Part shown: positions 10,238-19,259 of the stretch, one piece after another
Numbering within the stretch: the stretch's first letter is position 1
Layout of the letters: each line of letters starts with the position of its first letter
DNA from: an uncultured Bifidobacterium sp.
Lineage (GTDB): Bacteria > Actinomycetota > Acidimicrobiia > Acidimicrobiales > Ilumatobacteraceae
DNA length: 64,000 bases
Direction: 5' to 3'
Assembly (NCBI GenBank): GCA_964503445.1
Contig: CAZCZM010000003.1
Coordinates: 869-64,868, forward strand
Notes under the pieces: model-generated
What the model saw: only the letters and a program-made list of their open reading frames with translations
Databases searched by the model: none
What the model was told of the DNA's origin: nothing
Position numbers and translations under genes: made by a program

Positions 10238-10245
10238 ACCGTGAA

Positions 10246-11013
10246 TTATGCGCCCATTGCGTGGTATCCGCCATCAACATGAATGATTTCACCAGTTGTG
10301 GCGGGGAACCAGTCGGACAAAAGAGCCAAAACTGTCTTAGCGACCGGAGTTGAATCGGTGACATCCCATCCCAATGGGGCGCGTTCATCCCACACATCTT
10401 CAAACTTCTTGAAACCTGGAATTGATTTTGCAGCCATTGTCTTGATGGGGCCAGCAGCAACGAGATTGCATCGAATTCCTCGTGGCCCAAGATCTTTCGC
10501 CAGGTAACGATTCGTGGCTTCAAATGCGGCTTTTGCAACTCCCATCCAGTTGTAGGCAGGCCATGCGACCGTGTTGTCAAAATCAAGCCCCACAATGGAT
10601 GAGCCAGGAGTCATCAATGGCAGGAATGCATCAGCCATTGTTTTTAACGAGTAGGCAGAGATCTCCATGGCAACGGCGACATCGCTCCATTGAGCAGCAA
10701 GGAAGTCATCACCGAGACATACTTCGGGAGCAAAACCGATGGCGTGGAGAACTCCGTCCACCGTGCCGAGCGATTGGCGCACATTCTCGCGAACGGAGAC
10801 GACGTGGTCGGCATTTGTCACATCGAATTCGAAGACATCAACCGGGGTATCCAGTTTGCGTGCGGTTCGTTGGGTGAGAGACAGTGCGCGTCCCGCTCCC
10901 GTCAGCACAATGGTGGCGCCCTCACGCTGTGCCAGCTGTGCCACTCGGAATGCCAATGATGCGTCGGTGAGCACGCCAGTCACCACAATTTTCTTGCCCT
11001 CGAGAAGTCCCAT
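10246..11013 (-). CDS. inhA: enoyl-[acyl-carrier-protein] reductase (NADH), InhA/FabI type
   Basis: From ATG 11013 the sequence reads [75 protein letters not shown], which is near-collinear with Mtb InhA as I recall it. The ORF-track start at 11124 adds 37 non-conserved residues. Confidence 0.9.
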   Translation of the reverse strand: MGLLEGKKIVVTGVLTDASLAFRVAQLAQREGATIVLTGAGRALSLTQRTARKLDTPVDVFEFDVTNADHVVSVRENVRQSLGTVDGVLHAIGFAPEVCLGDDFLAAQWSDVAVAMEISAYSLKTMADAFLPLMTPGSSIVGLDFDNTVAWPAYNWMGVAKAAFEATNRYLAKDLGPRGIRCNLVAAGPIKTMAAKSIPGFKKFEDVWDERAPLGWDVTDSTPVAKTVLALLSDWFPATTGEIIHVDGGYHAMGA

Positions 11014-11020
11014 GGTTATG

Positions 11021-11026
11021 ACCGTA
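11021..11026 (-). promoter_or_regulatory. candidate -10 hexamer TACGGT for leaderless inhA mRNA
   Basis: The minus-strand sequence reads ACTACGGT-cataacc-ATG(11013). It fits TANNNT with a 7-nt spacer. Confidence 0.4.
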
Positions 11027-11060
11027 GTTCGGCAGGGGTCTATGTGTAAGGCTCTACAGA

Positions 11061-11738
11061 ATGCGTATTGGAATCCTCGGCGGAACAGGTCCCGCGGGCA
11101 GTGCACTTGGTGCTCGTCTCGCATCGGTCGGATATGAAGTGGTCATTGGCTCGCGTTCGAAGTATCGGGCACTTGAAGCGTGCGATTCCGTGAAGGCAAA
11201 GTGGCCTGATCTGGACTTACCCCTTCATGCTGGTGACAACCATGCGGCCTCGGCATGTGACGTCGTTGTGTTGGCCACCCCATGGGACGGCGCAGCTACC
11301 ACTGCACAAGAACACATTGACCTTCTCGCTGGGAAAGTTGTCATCAGTATGGCCAATGCATTGGTACGCGTGGGCCACGAGTTTCAGCCGCTACTTCCAC
11401 CACGTGGAAGCGTGGCTGCGCACGTGCAAGCTGCGGTTCCCGAATGTCGCGTGGTTGCGGCGTTCCACCATCTTCCCGCCACTGAATTGGGGCACCTCGG
11501 CGACCCCATCGACTCAGATGTTCTCATCTGTTCCGATGACAAGGCTGCCACTGAAATTGCAATGGAAATCACGTCAAAGATTCCAGGTTGTCGCCCGCTG
11601 GATGCTGGTGAGTTGTCGAATGCCACCGCCATCGAAGCTTTCACTGCCGTGTTGTTGCAGTTGAACGTTCGCTACAAGACTCGCGTTGCACCAAAACTGA
11701 CGGGTATCAAGCGAGATCCACGAGTACAGGCGAATTAA
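11061..11738 (+). CDS. npdG: NADPH-dependent F420 reductase
   Basis: Has MRIGILGGTGPAGSALGARLASVGYEVVIGSR (Rossmann fold) and overall similarity to NpdG/Fno-type F420:NADP oxidoreductases. Confidence 0.8.
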   Translation: MRIGILGGTGPAGSALGARLASVGYEVVIGSRSKYRALEACDSVKAKWPDLDLPLHAGDNHAASACDVVVLATPWDGAATTAQEHIDLLAGKVVISMANALVRVGHEFQPLLPPRGSVAAHVQAAVPECRVVAAFHHLPATELGHLGDPIDSDVLICSDDKAATEIAMEITSKIPGCRPLDAGELSNATAIEAFTAVLLQLNVRYKTRVAPKLTGIKRDPRVQAN

Positions 11739-11740
11739 TC

Positions 11741-12886
11741 GTGTCTATGCGTTTGTACGACACTGCTCGTCAAGAGGTGGTTCCATTCACCCCAGGCGAC
11801 ACAGTGTTGATGTACACGTGTGGCATAACACCATACGACGCAACGCACCTAGGGCACGCTGCCACCTTCTTGGTGTACGACATCTTGCAGCGTCGACTTA
11901 TCGATTTGGGGCACACCGTGCGTTGTGTTCGCAATGTCACTGATGTTGACGATCCCTTGTTTGCGAAAGCACGCGAACTTGGTGTGCACTACCTAGACCT
12001 CGCTGCTGGGGAAGAGGCGCGCTTCAACCGAGACATGGAAGCTCTGAATGCATTGCCGGTTTACAGCACGCCTCGAGCATCGTCGGCTATTTCTGACATT
12101 CGAGGATTCATCGGCATGGTGTTAGACCGTGGCTTTGCCTACATTGCGGGTGGATCGGTGTATTTCGACGTGTCGAAGTTTCCATCCTTTGGCGATGTGT
12201 CGCATTATTCGCATGAACAGATGGTGGCCTTTGCGCGTCAGCGTGGTGGAAATGTTGACGATCCACACAAGCGCAATCCACTCGACTTTGTGTTGTGGCA
12301 TCCATCGGCTGACGACGAACCATCATGGGATGCGCAATGGGGGGCAGGTCGACCTGGCTGGCACATTGAATGCTCGGCACTTGCATTGCGTGAGTTAGGG
12401 ACAACCATCGATCTGCATGGCGGCGGAAGCGACCTCATCTTTCCTCATCACGAATGTGAGAGAGCCCAATCCGAGGCCGCAACTGGTGAACCCTTCGTCA
12501 AGCACTGGATGCATGTGGCGATGGTCTTTAAGGACGGCGAGAAGATGTCCAAGAGTTTGGGCAACCTTGTCTTTGTTGATGCATTGCGAACACAGTGGGA
12601 CCCGCGCAGCATTCGACTAGCCGTTATCGAGCATCATTACCGTCACGAATGGGAGTGGGACGACACGCTCATGCCGCGTAACCATGAGCGCCTTGTTGCA
12701 TGGAGGAATACTCTGGGCGGAACATCTACGAATCTGATCAATGACGTTCGTGCGTGTTTAGACAACGATCTCGACACTCCCGGTGCGCTTGCGTGTATCG
12801 ATGCTGCCGCCGCACGTGGCGAGGATGTGTCGGAAAGCGCTGCGCTGTTGGGGGTCGTGCTCGGTGACCCCGTTGCGCCGCGGTGA
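11741..12886 (+). CDS. mshC: L-cysteine:1D-myo-inositol 2-amino-2-deoxy-alpha-D-glucopyranoside ligase (mycothiol ligase)
   Basis: CysRS-like catalytic core (CGITPYDATHLGHAATF, NVTDVDDPLF, GGGSDLIFPHHE, KMSKSLGN) in only 381 aa, with no anticodon-binding extension. This is the MshC pattern. Confidence 0.8.
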   Translation: MSMRLYDTARQEVVPFTPGDTVLMYTCGITPYDATHLGHAATFLVYDILQRRLIDLGHTVRCVRNVTDVDDPLFAKARELGVHYLDLAAGEEARFNRDMEALNALPVYSTPRASSAISDIRGFIGMVLDRGFAYIAGGSVYFDVSKFPSFGDVSHYSHEQMVAFARQRGGNVDDPHKRNPLDFVLWHPSADDEPSWDAQWGAGRPGWHIECSALALRELGTTIDLHGGGSDLIFPHHECERAQSEAATGEPFVKHWMHVAMVFKDGEKMSKSLGNLVFVDALRTQWDPRSIRLAVIEHHYRHEWEWDDTLMPRNHERLVAWRNTLGGTSTNLINDVRACLDNDLDTPGALACIDAAAARGEDVSESAALLGVVLGDPVAPR

Positions 12887-12987
12887 TGGGCTGAACCGTT
12901 CGTACCTGACCTGCGTGTTACGTCGGGATGACAATTAGGTTCGTGCTGTTTTCATCGTGCTGAATTGGGTCTATTGTCTGCCACAGG

Positions 12988-13737
12988 ATGAGGCAAACAC
13001 CAGACGACATGGGCGTAGAGCCCGCTTCAGTCATCCCTGGAACAGGGCGGGCTCAGGTGCGTGCGCGTCGAGTCATTCGGCCATTGTTGAACCGACTATG
13101 GAACGTCACTCTTGAAGGTGTTGAGAACATTCCCACTGAAGGTCCGGCAATCTTGTGTCCCAATCACATCAGTTTCTTTGATTCGGTCTTCACCATGGCA
13201 TATGCCGGGCGTCAAATCAGTTTTGTCGGTAAGGCCGAATATATGGATTCGTGGAAGACCAAATATCTGTTTCCAGCACTCGGCATGATTCCTATCGATC
13301 GTGCTGGTGGCTCAAAGAGCGAAGGCGCCTTGCGTGCAGCTGAGCAGGTCTTACGTCGTGGCGAACTTTTTGGTATCTATCCCGAAGGGACGCGCAGTCG
13401 AGATGGAATGTTGTACAAAGGCCACACAGGGGCAGCACGGTTAGCGTTGAAGATTGGTTGTCCCATCATTCCCGTCGGCATCATTGGGACACGCGAGATT
13501 CAGCCGCCCGACACATTCTTTCCAAAGATTGGTCGTGATTGCACGGTCAAATTCGGCCAACCGCTGTTGCCAGAACGCTATGTCTCTCGCGGCGATGACC
13601 ATATGGTGTTGCGCGAGATGACCGATGAATTGATGTTTGAAATTCGAGAACTCACTGGGCAGGAGTATCGCAATGTCTATGCCACCAAACGGGCAGAGGC
13701 GCTACCAACAGAGACCGCGGTCGTCAGTCATCCATAA
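12988..13737 (+). CDS. plsC: 1-acyl-sn-glycerol-3-phosphate acyltransferase family protein
   Basis: Carries the HX4D motif CPNHISFFDS plus FVGKAE, IYPEGTRS and IPVGI, the acyltransferase blocks I-IV. Confidence 0.85.
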   Translation: MRQTPDDMGVEPASVIPGTGRAQVRARRVIRPLLNRLWNVTLEGVENIPTEGPAILCPNHISFFDSVFTMAYAGRQISFVGKAEYMDSWKTKYLFPALGMIPIDRAGGSKSEGALRAAEQVLRRGELFGIYPEGTRSRDGMLYKGHTGAARLALKIGCPIIPVGIIGTREIQPPDTFFPKIGRDCTVKFGQPLLPERYVSRGDDHMVLREMTDELMFEIRELTGQEYRNVYATKRAEALPTETAVVSHP

Positions 13738-13784
13738 ATAATGAGAGCCGTGCATGGCAGGGCTCTCCGTAGAATGGTGAGTCC

Positions 13785-15761
13785 ATGGCTGATATTTCTG
13801 TACTTCTCCCAGACGGCTCGTCGCGTGTGGTGCCCGAAGGCGCAACCGTTGCTGATGTTGCGGCGTCTATTGGTTCGCGTCTCGCGAAGGCGGCCATCGC
13901 CGGAACTATCGACGGGGCAGAAGTCGACCTCAGTGTTTCAGTGAATGAGGGTTCAACAGTTTCAATTGTCACGGTCGATTCTGACGCTGGTCGCCACGTA
14001 TTGCGCCATTCCACGGCACATGTGTTGGCCCAAGCCGTTGTCCAGTTGTTTCCAGGTGCACAATTCTCTATTGGTCCTGCAATCGAAGATGGCTTCTACT
14101 ACGACTTCGAATTGCCGGGCGGGCGCACATTTTCCGATGACGACCTTGCCGCCATCGAAGCTCGTATGCGCGAGATTGTAAAAGCGGACCAGCCATTCAT
14201 CCGTTCAGAAGTTGCACCGTCCGATGCACTGCAGCTGTTCGCGCAGCAGAAATACAAGTGCGAAATTATCGAGCGTGTCACTTCTGGTGTGGCCGATGGA
14301 AACGATGCAGGCGAAGTAGGTAACTCTGACACCATCAGTGTGTATCGAAACTCTGATGATTTTGTTGACTTGTGTCGTGGGCCTCATGTTCCATCCACAT
14401 CGCGCCTCGGTCATTTCGCATTAATGAAAGTGGCTGGTGCCTATTGGCGTGGAAACGAAAAGGGACCCATGCTGCAGCGAATCTACGGCACTGCGTGGGA
14501 GAGCGACGCTGCGCTCAAAGAGCACTTACATCGACTTGAGGAAGCTGCCAAGCGTGACCACCGCAAGTTGGCAAACGAACTTGATCTGTTGTCATTCCCG
14601 CAGGAACTTGGTGGCGGACTTGCAGTGTGGCATCCAAAGGGTGCCATCATCCGCAAGTTGATGGAGGACTACAGCCGTCAGCGTCACCAAGATGGTGACT
14701 ATCAATTTGTCTATACGCCACATCTTGCAAACGCAAACTTGTTTGCACAGTCAGGCCATCTCGATTTCTATGCCGATGGTATGTATCCACCCATGGAGAT
14801 GGACAACGGCACGTACTACATGAAGCCGATGAACTGTCCGATGCACTGTCTCATCTATGGCAGTCGTCAACGCAGCTATCGAGAACTGCCACTTCGACTC
14901 TTTGAATTGGGAAATGTCTATCGCTACGAACGAGCTGGCACTTTGCACGGACTCCTTCGAATTCGCGGCTTTACGCAAGACGACAGCCACATCTATTGCA
15001 CTGAAGACCAAATGGCAGAAGAGATTGCGTCACTTCTCGACTTCATCATGTCGGTTCTCCGCCGATTTGGCTTTGCAGATTTTGAATTCAATCTGTCCAC
15101 GCGCGATCCAGATAAATCAGTCGGATCTGACGAAATTTGGGAAAAAGCTACAACGGCACTGCAGTCTGCCCTGAATTCACATGGGCTTCAGTACAAGATC
15201 AAAGAAGGTGACGCGGCGTTTTACGGACCAAAGATTGACATCGATGTTCGTGATGCCATCGGCCGAAAGTGGCAACTCAGCACCATTCAGTTGGACTTCA
15301 ACTCTCCTGAACGCTTCGAACTTGAGTATGTCGGAAATGATGGTCAGCGTCGTCGTCCCATCATGATCCACCGTGCGCTCATGGGGTCAGTTGAAAGATT
15401 TTTCGGTGTGCTCATTGAGCACTACGCAGGTGCATTTCCCACATGGCTGGCTCCGGAACAAGTACGAGTTCTTCCTGTGGCCTCTGCACACAACGACTAT
15501 GCATCGTCGGTTGCTCGCACATTGCAGCAGTCTGGATTCCGTGTCGATGTTGATCATGCCGACGAGCAGCTTGGAAAGCGCATACGTAACGCAAAGACAT
15601 CAAAGGTTCCATATGTTCTTGTTGTGGGTGACGACGATGTCGCGCACAACACCGTTGGTGTTAATCCTCGTGGTGGCGAGGTGGAACGAGATGTATCTGT
15701 CGCCGATTTTGTGGAGCGTTTGGCGGCAGATGTTGCCGAAGGCCAGTCGGGTGGCGACTAA
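13785..15761 (+). CDS. thrS: threonine--tRNA ligase
   Basis: 658 aa with a TGS domain, the editing-domain HSTAHVLA motif and a class II core (FRGFTQDDSHIYC, RPIMIHRAL). TAGAAT lies 9 nt upstream of the ATG. Confidence 0.95.
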   Translation: MADISVLLPDGSSRVVPEGATVADVAASIGSRLAKAAIAGTIDGAEVDLSVSVNEGSTVSIVTVDSDAGRHVLRHSTAHVLAQAVVQLFPGAQFSIGPAIEDGFYYDFELPGGRTFSDDDLAAIEARMREIVKADQPFIRSEVAPSDALQLFAQQKYKCEIIERVTSGVADGNDAGEVGNSDTISVYRNSDDFVDLCRGPHVPSTSRLGHFALMKVAGAYWRGNEKGPMLQRIYGTAWESDAALKEHLHRLEEAAKRDHRKLANELDLLSFPQELGGGLAVWHPKGAIIRKLMEDYSRQRHQDGDYQFVYTPHLANANLFAQSGHLDFYADGMYPPMEMDNGTYYMKPMNCPMHCLIYGSRQRSYRELPLRLFELGNVYRYERAGTLHGLLRIRGFTQDDSHIYCTEDQMAEEIASLLDFIMSVLRRFGFADFEFNLSTRDPDKSVGSDEIWEKATTALQSALNSHGLQYKIKEGDAAFYGPKIDIDVRDAIGRKWQLSTIQLDFNSPERFELEYVGNDGQRRRPIMIHRALMGSVERFFGVLIEHYAGAFPTWLAPEQVRVLPVASAHNDYASSVARTLQQSGFRVDVDHADEQLGKRIRNAKTSKVPYVLVVGDDDVAHNTVGVNPRGGEVERDVSVADFVERLAADVAEGQSGGD

Positions 15762-16268
15762 GTGTCGCTTGAACAATTGTGGAACGGCTGGCGGGCTGAC
15801 TATGTCTCCGGAGCGCGCCCGGCAGACACTTCTGCTTCGGTGTTCACCAACATTTTGAATTCAGGATTATCCGATATTGATGCTCATATCGTTCATCGAA
15901 CATCGTTGTGCTTTGTCATCATGAATGCGTTTCCGTACGCAACAGGACACATGCTGGTGCTTCCGGTGCGCGAGGTCGCCAATTTGGAAGATCTCACACC
16001 ACAGGAGTCTCAGCAACTATGGGCTCTGGTGACTGACGCCACCTTGGCTGTTCGCTCATCACATGCTCCCGATGCCTTGAACGTCGGCATCAACTTGGGT
16101 GCTGCAGCAGGGGGAAGTGTGTCACAGCATCTTCATGTCCATGTTGTGCCACGATGGAATGGAGATTCAAACTTCATGACATCTGTGGCATCAACGAGAA
16201 CGCTTCCAGAGGCGTTGCCGGTTACCGCTCAGAAAATTCGACACGCTTGGCCCAAGGGGGACACATGA
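15762..16268 (+). CDS. HIT family protein (Ap4A phosphorylase / GalT-like HIT, Rv2613c-like)
   Basis: Has the histidine triad HLHVHVVPR. Its position between thrS and pgsA1 matches mycobacteria. Confidence 0.8.
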   Translation: MSLEQLWNGWRADYVSGARPADTSASVFTNILNSGLSDIDAHIVHRTSLCFVIMNAFPYATGHMLVLPVREVANLEDLTPQESQQLWALVTDATLAVRSSHAPDALNVGINLGAAAGGSVSQHLHVHVVPRWNGDSNFMTSVASTRTLPEALPVTAQKIRHAWPKGDT

Positions 16269-16765
16269 CAGACGACATTCGCGACCAGCTTCCCGAAGAT
16301 CTGAACGCAGTTGACCATGTGGGTGCCTACGACTTCCCAGATAACAGTCGCCGTCGGATTCCTGGATTCATCTATGCGGCGATTGCTCTTGCGTGTCTTG
16401 CAATCTTCTTCGCAGTGGATAGCAGCGATTCGCCTCTGGTGAACAACGGACTCGTTTTCTCGGCCGTTGTTTTGGGTGCGATGGCGCTCATGTCTCTCAC
16501 CAGTGGGTGGCGCATGAAAGTCAATGAGTCGGAAGCGCTCGTCATTGCGACCCGTGAAGTGGGTTTTGCTGTGGGGCATGCATCGGCTCAACAGGTCTGG
16601 CGTGGAGTGAGAAGTCGTCCTACGTGGCGCATTTTCTGTTACAGCGCCGAGGAACCACCCCTCAAGCGTGGATTGGTTCTCGTGGATGCCGTCAATGGTG
16701 TCGTCGTGGAGCGCCTCATTGAAGACAATCCTGATGCACAAGATGCATCGGGATCAAACGACTAG
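16265..16765 (+). CDS. hypothetical membrane protein (two predicted TM helices)
   Basis: ATG 16265 overlaps the HIT stop (ATGA). Two hydrophobic segments are present, IPGFIYAAIALACLAIFFAV and LVFSAVVLGAMALMSL. I recognised no family motif. Confidence 0.5.
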   Translation: MTDDIRDQLPEDLNAVDHVGAYDFPDNSRRRIPGFIYAAIALACLAIFFAVDSSDSPLVNNGLVFSAVVLGAMALMSLTSGWRMKVNESEALVIATREVGFAVGHASAQQVWRGVRSRPTWRIFCYSAEEPPLKRGLVLVDAVNGVVVERLIEDNPDAQDASGSND

Positions 16766-16775
16766 CGTCTAGCAA

Positions 16776-17480
16776 ATGTTTGACGGGAGATTCCGGGCGC
16801 CTATTGAGCGCGCAGTTCGTCCCGTGGGCATGCTGCTTCGGCGGACGGGAATGTCTCCTGACCACCTCACCGTGATGGGTGTGCTGGTGTCGGTGGCCGC
16901 AGCATATGCCATCGGTAACGGTGCGTTGCGCGGTGGTCTCATTCTGGTCATTGCGGCTGCATTGCCGGACATGTTGGATGGGGCATTGGCAAAAGCATCC
17001 AACACTGCAAGTCAACGCGGCGCGTTCTTTGACTCTGTCATCGACAGAGTGACCGATTCCATCTTGTTTGGTGGAGTGGCGTGGTATTTCGCTTCTCACG
17101 AAAGTGCTCACCTTGCCTTGTTGCCCATGGCCATCATGGGTGTGTCCTCCCTTATTTCATACGAACGCGCAAAGGCGGAGTCACTCGGCTTGTATGCCAA
17201 GGGCGGGCTCATGGAACGAGCTGAGCGCATCGTGGTGTTGTGTATCGGATTGCTTTTTGACTCCTTGTTGGTACCCATCATGTGGATCATGCTGGCGCTC
17301 ACCATCGTCACTGCCATTCAGCGTTTTGTGCAGGTCTGGCGACAAGCAGAAGTATCCGCTACCACTCTTGCGAAACGTGAAGTACGCACGGTGCGTCGAG
17401 TCACGCGACAAAGTGCTCGTGCATCTCGTCGACAGTTGTCTGTTGTGTCGCGCCAGCGCAAGCGCCAACGCAATGGCTAA
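16776..17480 (+). CDS. pgsA: CDP-alcohol phosphatidyltransferase (phosphatidylinositol phosphate synthase PgsA1-like)
   Basis: Carries the CDP-OH transferase motif DMLDGALAK...GAFFDSVIDRVTD, is multi-TM, and sits in the conserved position upstream of patA. Confidence 0.85.
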   Translation: MFDGRFRAPIERAVRPVGMLLRRTGMSPDHLTVMGVLVSVAAAYAIGNGALRGGLILVIAAALPDMLDGALAKASNTASQRGAFFDSVIDRVTDSILFGGVAWYFASHESAHLALLPMAIMGVSSLISYERAKAESLGLYAKGGLMERAERIVVLCIGLLFDSLLVPIMWIMLALTIVTAIQRFVQVWRQAEVSATTLAKREVRTVRRVTRQSARASRRQLSVVSRQRKRQRNG

Positions 17481-18390
17481 TCCATTAGACGGGGTGACTG
17501 ACGCCCTAACAGTGGGCAGTTATCGACTGGGGTCGCTCATTGCAAAGCTGACGCCTGGCCCCATTGCACAAGGAACAGTGTCGTTACTTGCACCTGGTAT
17601 TGCGTTGTCGTTACGAAACAAGCGCCACATGGTGGAGCGTCATCTTCGTCGCGTGAATCCATCACTGAACGGTGTGGCGTTGCGTCGAGCATCACAGCAG
17701 GCATTCGATAGTTATATGCGGTACTACACCGAGAGTTTTCGTTTGCCTACATTGTCAAAACGACATGTAGCACGATGTTTCACGGTGGACGGATTTCATC
17801 ACATTGAGGAAGCCCTTCAACAAGGCAACGGTGCCATATTGGCGTTGCCACATTTGGGCGGATGGGAATGGGCTGGTCGTTGGATGGCCGATCAAGGTCA
17901 TCGCCTCACTGTGATTGTTGAGCCGCTTGATCCACCTGAGCTATTCGAATGGTTTGCACGTCTTCGCAGCGACTTGGGAATGAACGTGGTTCCGTTGGGT
18001 CCAGAAGCTGCGCCTGCAATTTTGTCGGCATTAAAGCGAAATGAAATTGTCTGCTTGTTGTCCGATAGGGACATTCAAGGTGGAGGAGTGAGTGTCGAGT
18101 TTTTTGGTGAGCGCACCACGTTGCCGGCAGGTCCAGCCATGTTGGGTATTCGAGCGCACGCACCGGTCTTGCCTGTAGGCGTGTATTTCACCAAGGCTGT
18201 CGATGGTCATCACGCAATCGTTCGACCACCACTTCAACTTGAACGCACCGGAAAACTTCGTGAGTCGGTTGCGGTAGGCACTCAAGCGCTCGCTCATGAA
18301 TTAGAACTGTTGATCCGACGTGCCCCCGAGCAATGGCATCTGTTTCAACCCAACTGGCCGAGCGACCCCGGGTACAGGACTAACGGCTGA
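17473..18390 (+). CDS. patA: phosphatidylinositol mannoside acyltransferase (HtrB/LpxL-type lipid acyltransferase)
   Basis: ATG 17473 overlaps the pgsA stop by 8 nt. Shows lauroyl/myristoyl acyltransferase-family features (ALPHLGGWEW, LSDRDI) and pgsA1-patA-pimA synteny. Confidence 0.8.
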   Translation: MANPLDGVTDALTVGSYRLGSLIAKLTPGPIAQGTVSLLAPGIALSLRNKRHMVERHLRRVNPSLNGVALRRASQQAFDSYMRYYTESFRLPTLSKRHVARCFTVDGFHHIEEALQQGNGAILALPHLGGWEWAGRWMADQGHRLTVIVEPLDPPELFEWFARLRSDLGMNVVPLGPEAAPAILSALKRNEIVCLLSDRDIQGGGVSVEFFGERTTLPAGPAMLGIRAHAPVLPVGVYFTKAVDGHHAIVRPPLQLERTGKLRESVAVGTQALAHELELLIRRAPEQWHLFQPNWPSDPGYRTNG

Positions 18391-18697
18391 GAAACGATTG
18401 CAGGGCGTCTGTTGCGTCTTTGGTAACCGAGTACCAGACCCATGTTCCCTCTTTGCGCGAATCAACAAGGCCTGCCTCACGCAAAATCTTGAGATGGTGG
18501 CTGATAGTGGGCTGACTTCTTTCAAGAGGCTCCACTAAGTCGCACGAGCAGACCCCTTGTGCACCAGAGCGGCGAACCAGATCAAATAAACGCAACCGAA
18601 CGGGATCAGAGAGGGCGCCGAACAACCCAGACAAAGAATCAGCCTGCGTAGGGGACAGAGGGCGCGTATTTAGGGAAAGAGAGCGTGGCGAACTCAT
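18380..18697 (-). CDS. arsR: ArsR/SmtB family metalloregulator
   Basis: Has the helix-3 CxC site GVCSCDLVEPL and the HTH SQPTISHHLKILREAGLV. I prefer ATG 18697 because TATGAT lies 6 nt upstream. In-frame alternatives are 18712 (ATG) and 18718 (TTG). Confidence 0.85.
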   Translation of the reverse strand: MSSPRSLSLNTRPLSPTQADSLSGLFGALSDPVRLRLFDLVRRSGAQGVCSCDLVEPLERSQPTISHHLKILREAGLVDSRKEGTWVWYSVTKDATDALQSFLSR

Positions 18698-18703
18698 GGT
18701 GTC

Positions 18704-18709
18704 ATCATA
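18704..18709 (-). promoter_or_regulatory. candidate -10 hexamer TATGAT for leaderless arsR mRNA
   Basis: The minus-strand sequence reads TATGAT-gacacc-ATG(18697). Confidence 0.4.
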
Positions 18710-18730
18710 CATTGACAATCATCGATGTAT

Positions 18731-18753
18731 TGCTATATTGATGAGTGTCAATG
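18731..18753 (+). promoter_or_regulatory. candidate ars operon promoter (extended -10 TGCTATATT) overlapped by palindrome ATTGA-N6-TCAAT (putative ArsR operator)
   Basis: TGCTATATT occupies 18731-18739. The 5-6-5 inverted repeat occupies 18737-18752. An 8-bp inverted pair, CATTGACA (18710-18717) and TGTCAATG (18746-18753), is also present, with a third near-copy CATTGTCA at 18772-18779. Confidence 0.4.
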
Positions 18754-18812
18754 TCTATGACCAACGGAAAACATTGTCATGGCAATAAGAAAACATGCTG
18801 GAGGAAAAACTG

Positions 18813-19259
18813 ATGTCACGAGTACAGCTGGCTCTCAATGTCGGAAACTTGAACGATGCAATTCAGTTCTATACGAAAATGTTTGGTGTCGGACCAGCAA
18901 AGGTGCGAGACGGATATGCCAACTTCGCTATCGCTGATCCACCATTGAAACTTGTGCTCATCGAAGGGCATGGAGAGCCTGGAACGATGAATCACGTTGG
19001 AGTCGAAGTTGAATCGACTGATCATGTGGCTCAGAAGATTGAGGAATCTGTGAACAACGGATTTGCTATCGAGGTGCAAGAAGCCACAACGTGCTGTTTT
19101 GCCGTACAAGACAAGGTGTGGGTGAAGGGCGCAGAGCTCGCGTGGGAGTGGTACACCGTGCTTGAGGATGCGCCAAACGATTCATCGTTGAAGCCGATGC
19201 CCATCATGCTTGGAGTTCCGTCATCGGGTAACTGTTGTGGGCCAGAGGGATGCGACTAA
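18813..19259 (+). CDS. arsI: ArsI/CadI family glyoxalase-fold metalloenzyme (possible C-As lyase)
   Basis: MSRVQLALNV..GYANFAIADPPLKLVLIE..MNHVGVEV..TTCCFAVQDKVWV..WEWYTV matches the ArsI/CadI family, including the vicinal Cys pair. ATG 18813 is preceded by GGAGG (18800-18804). Confidence 0.8.
   Translation: MSRVQLALNVGNLNDAIQFYTKMFGVGPAKVRDGYANFAIADPPLKLVLIEGHGEPGTMNHVGVEVESTDHVAQKIEESVNNGFAIEVQEATTCCFAVQDKVWVKGAELAWEWYTVLEDAPNDSSLKPMPIMLGVPSSGNCCGPEGCD

Noticed and set aside
11041-11060. A -10 element for npdG. CAGAAT overlaps the ATG at 11061, and TATGTG lies at 11041.
   Set aside because: CAGAAT includes the first two bases of the start codon, and TATGTG lacks the terminal T. No convincing promoter or SD could be assigned, so none is reported.
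13743-13767. A perfect 7-bp hairpin, GAGAGCC-N10-GGCTCTC, between plsC and thrS. I considered it as a terminator or a ThrRS autoregulatory operator.
   Set aside because: No U-tract follows it. The loop (GUGCAUGGCA) does not mimic a tRNA-Thr anticodon loop. It lies upstream of the TAGAAT -10 candidate, so it may not even be in the thrS transcript. I cannot exclude a protein-binding palindrome.
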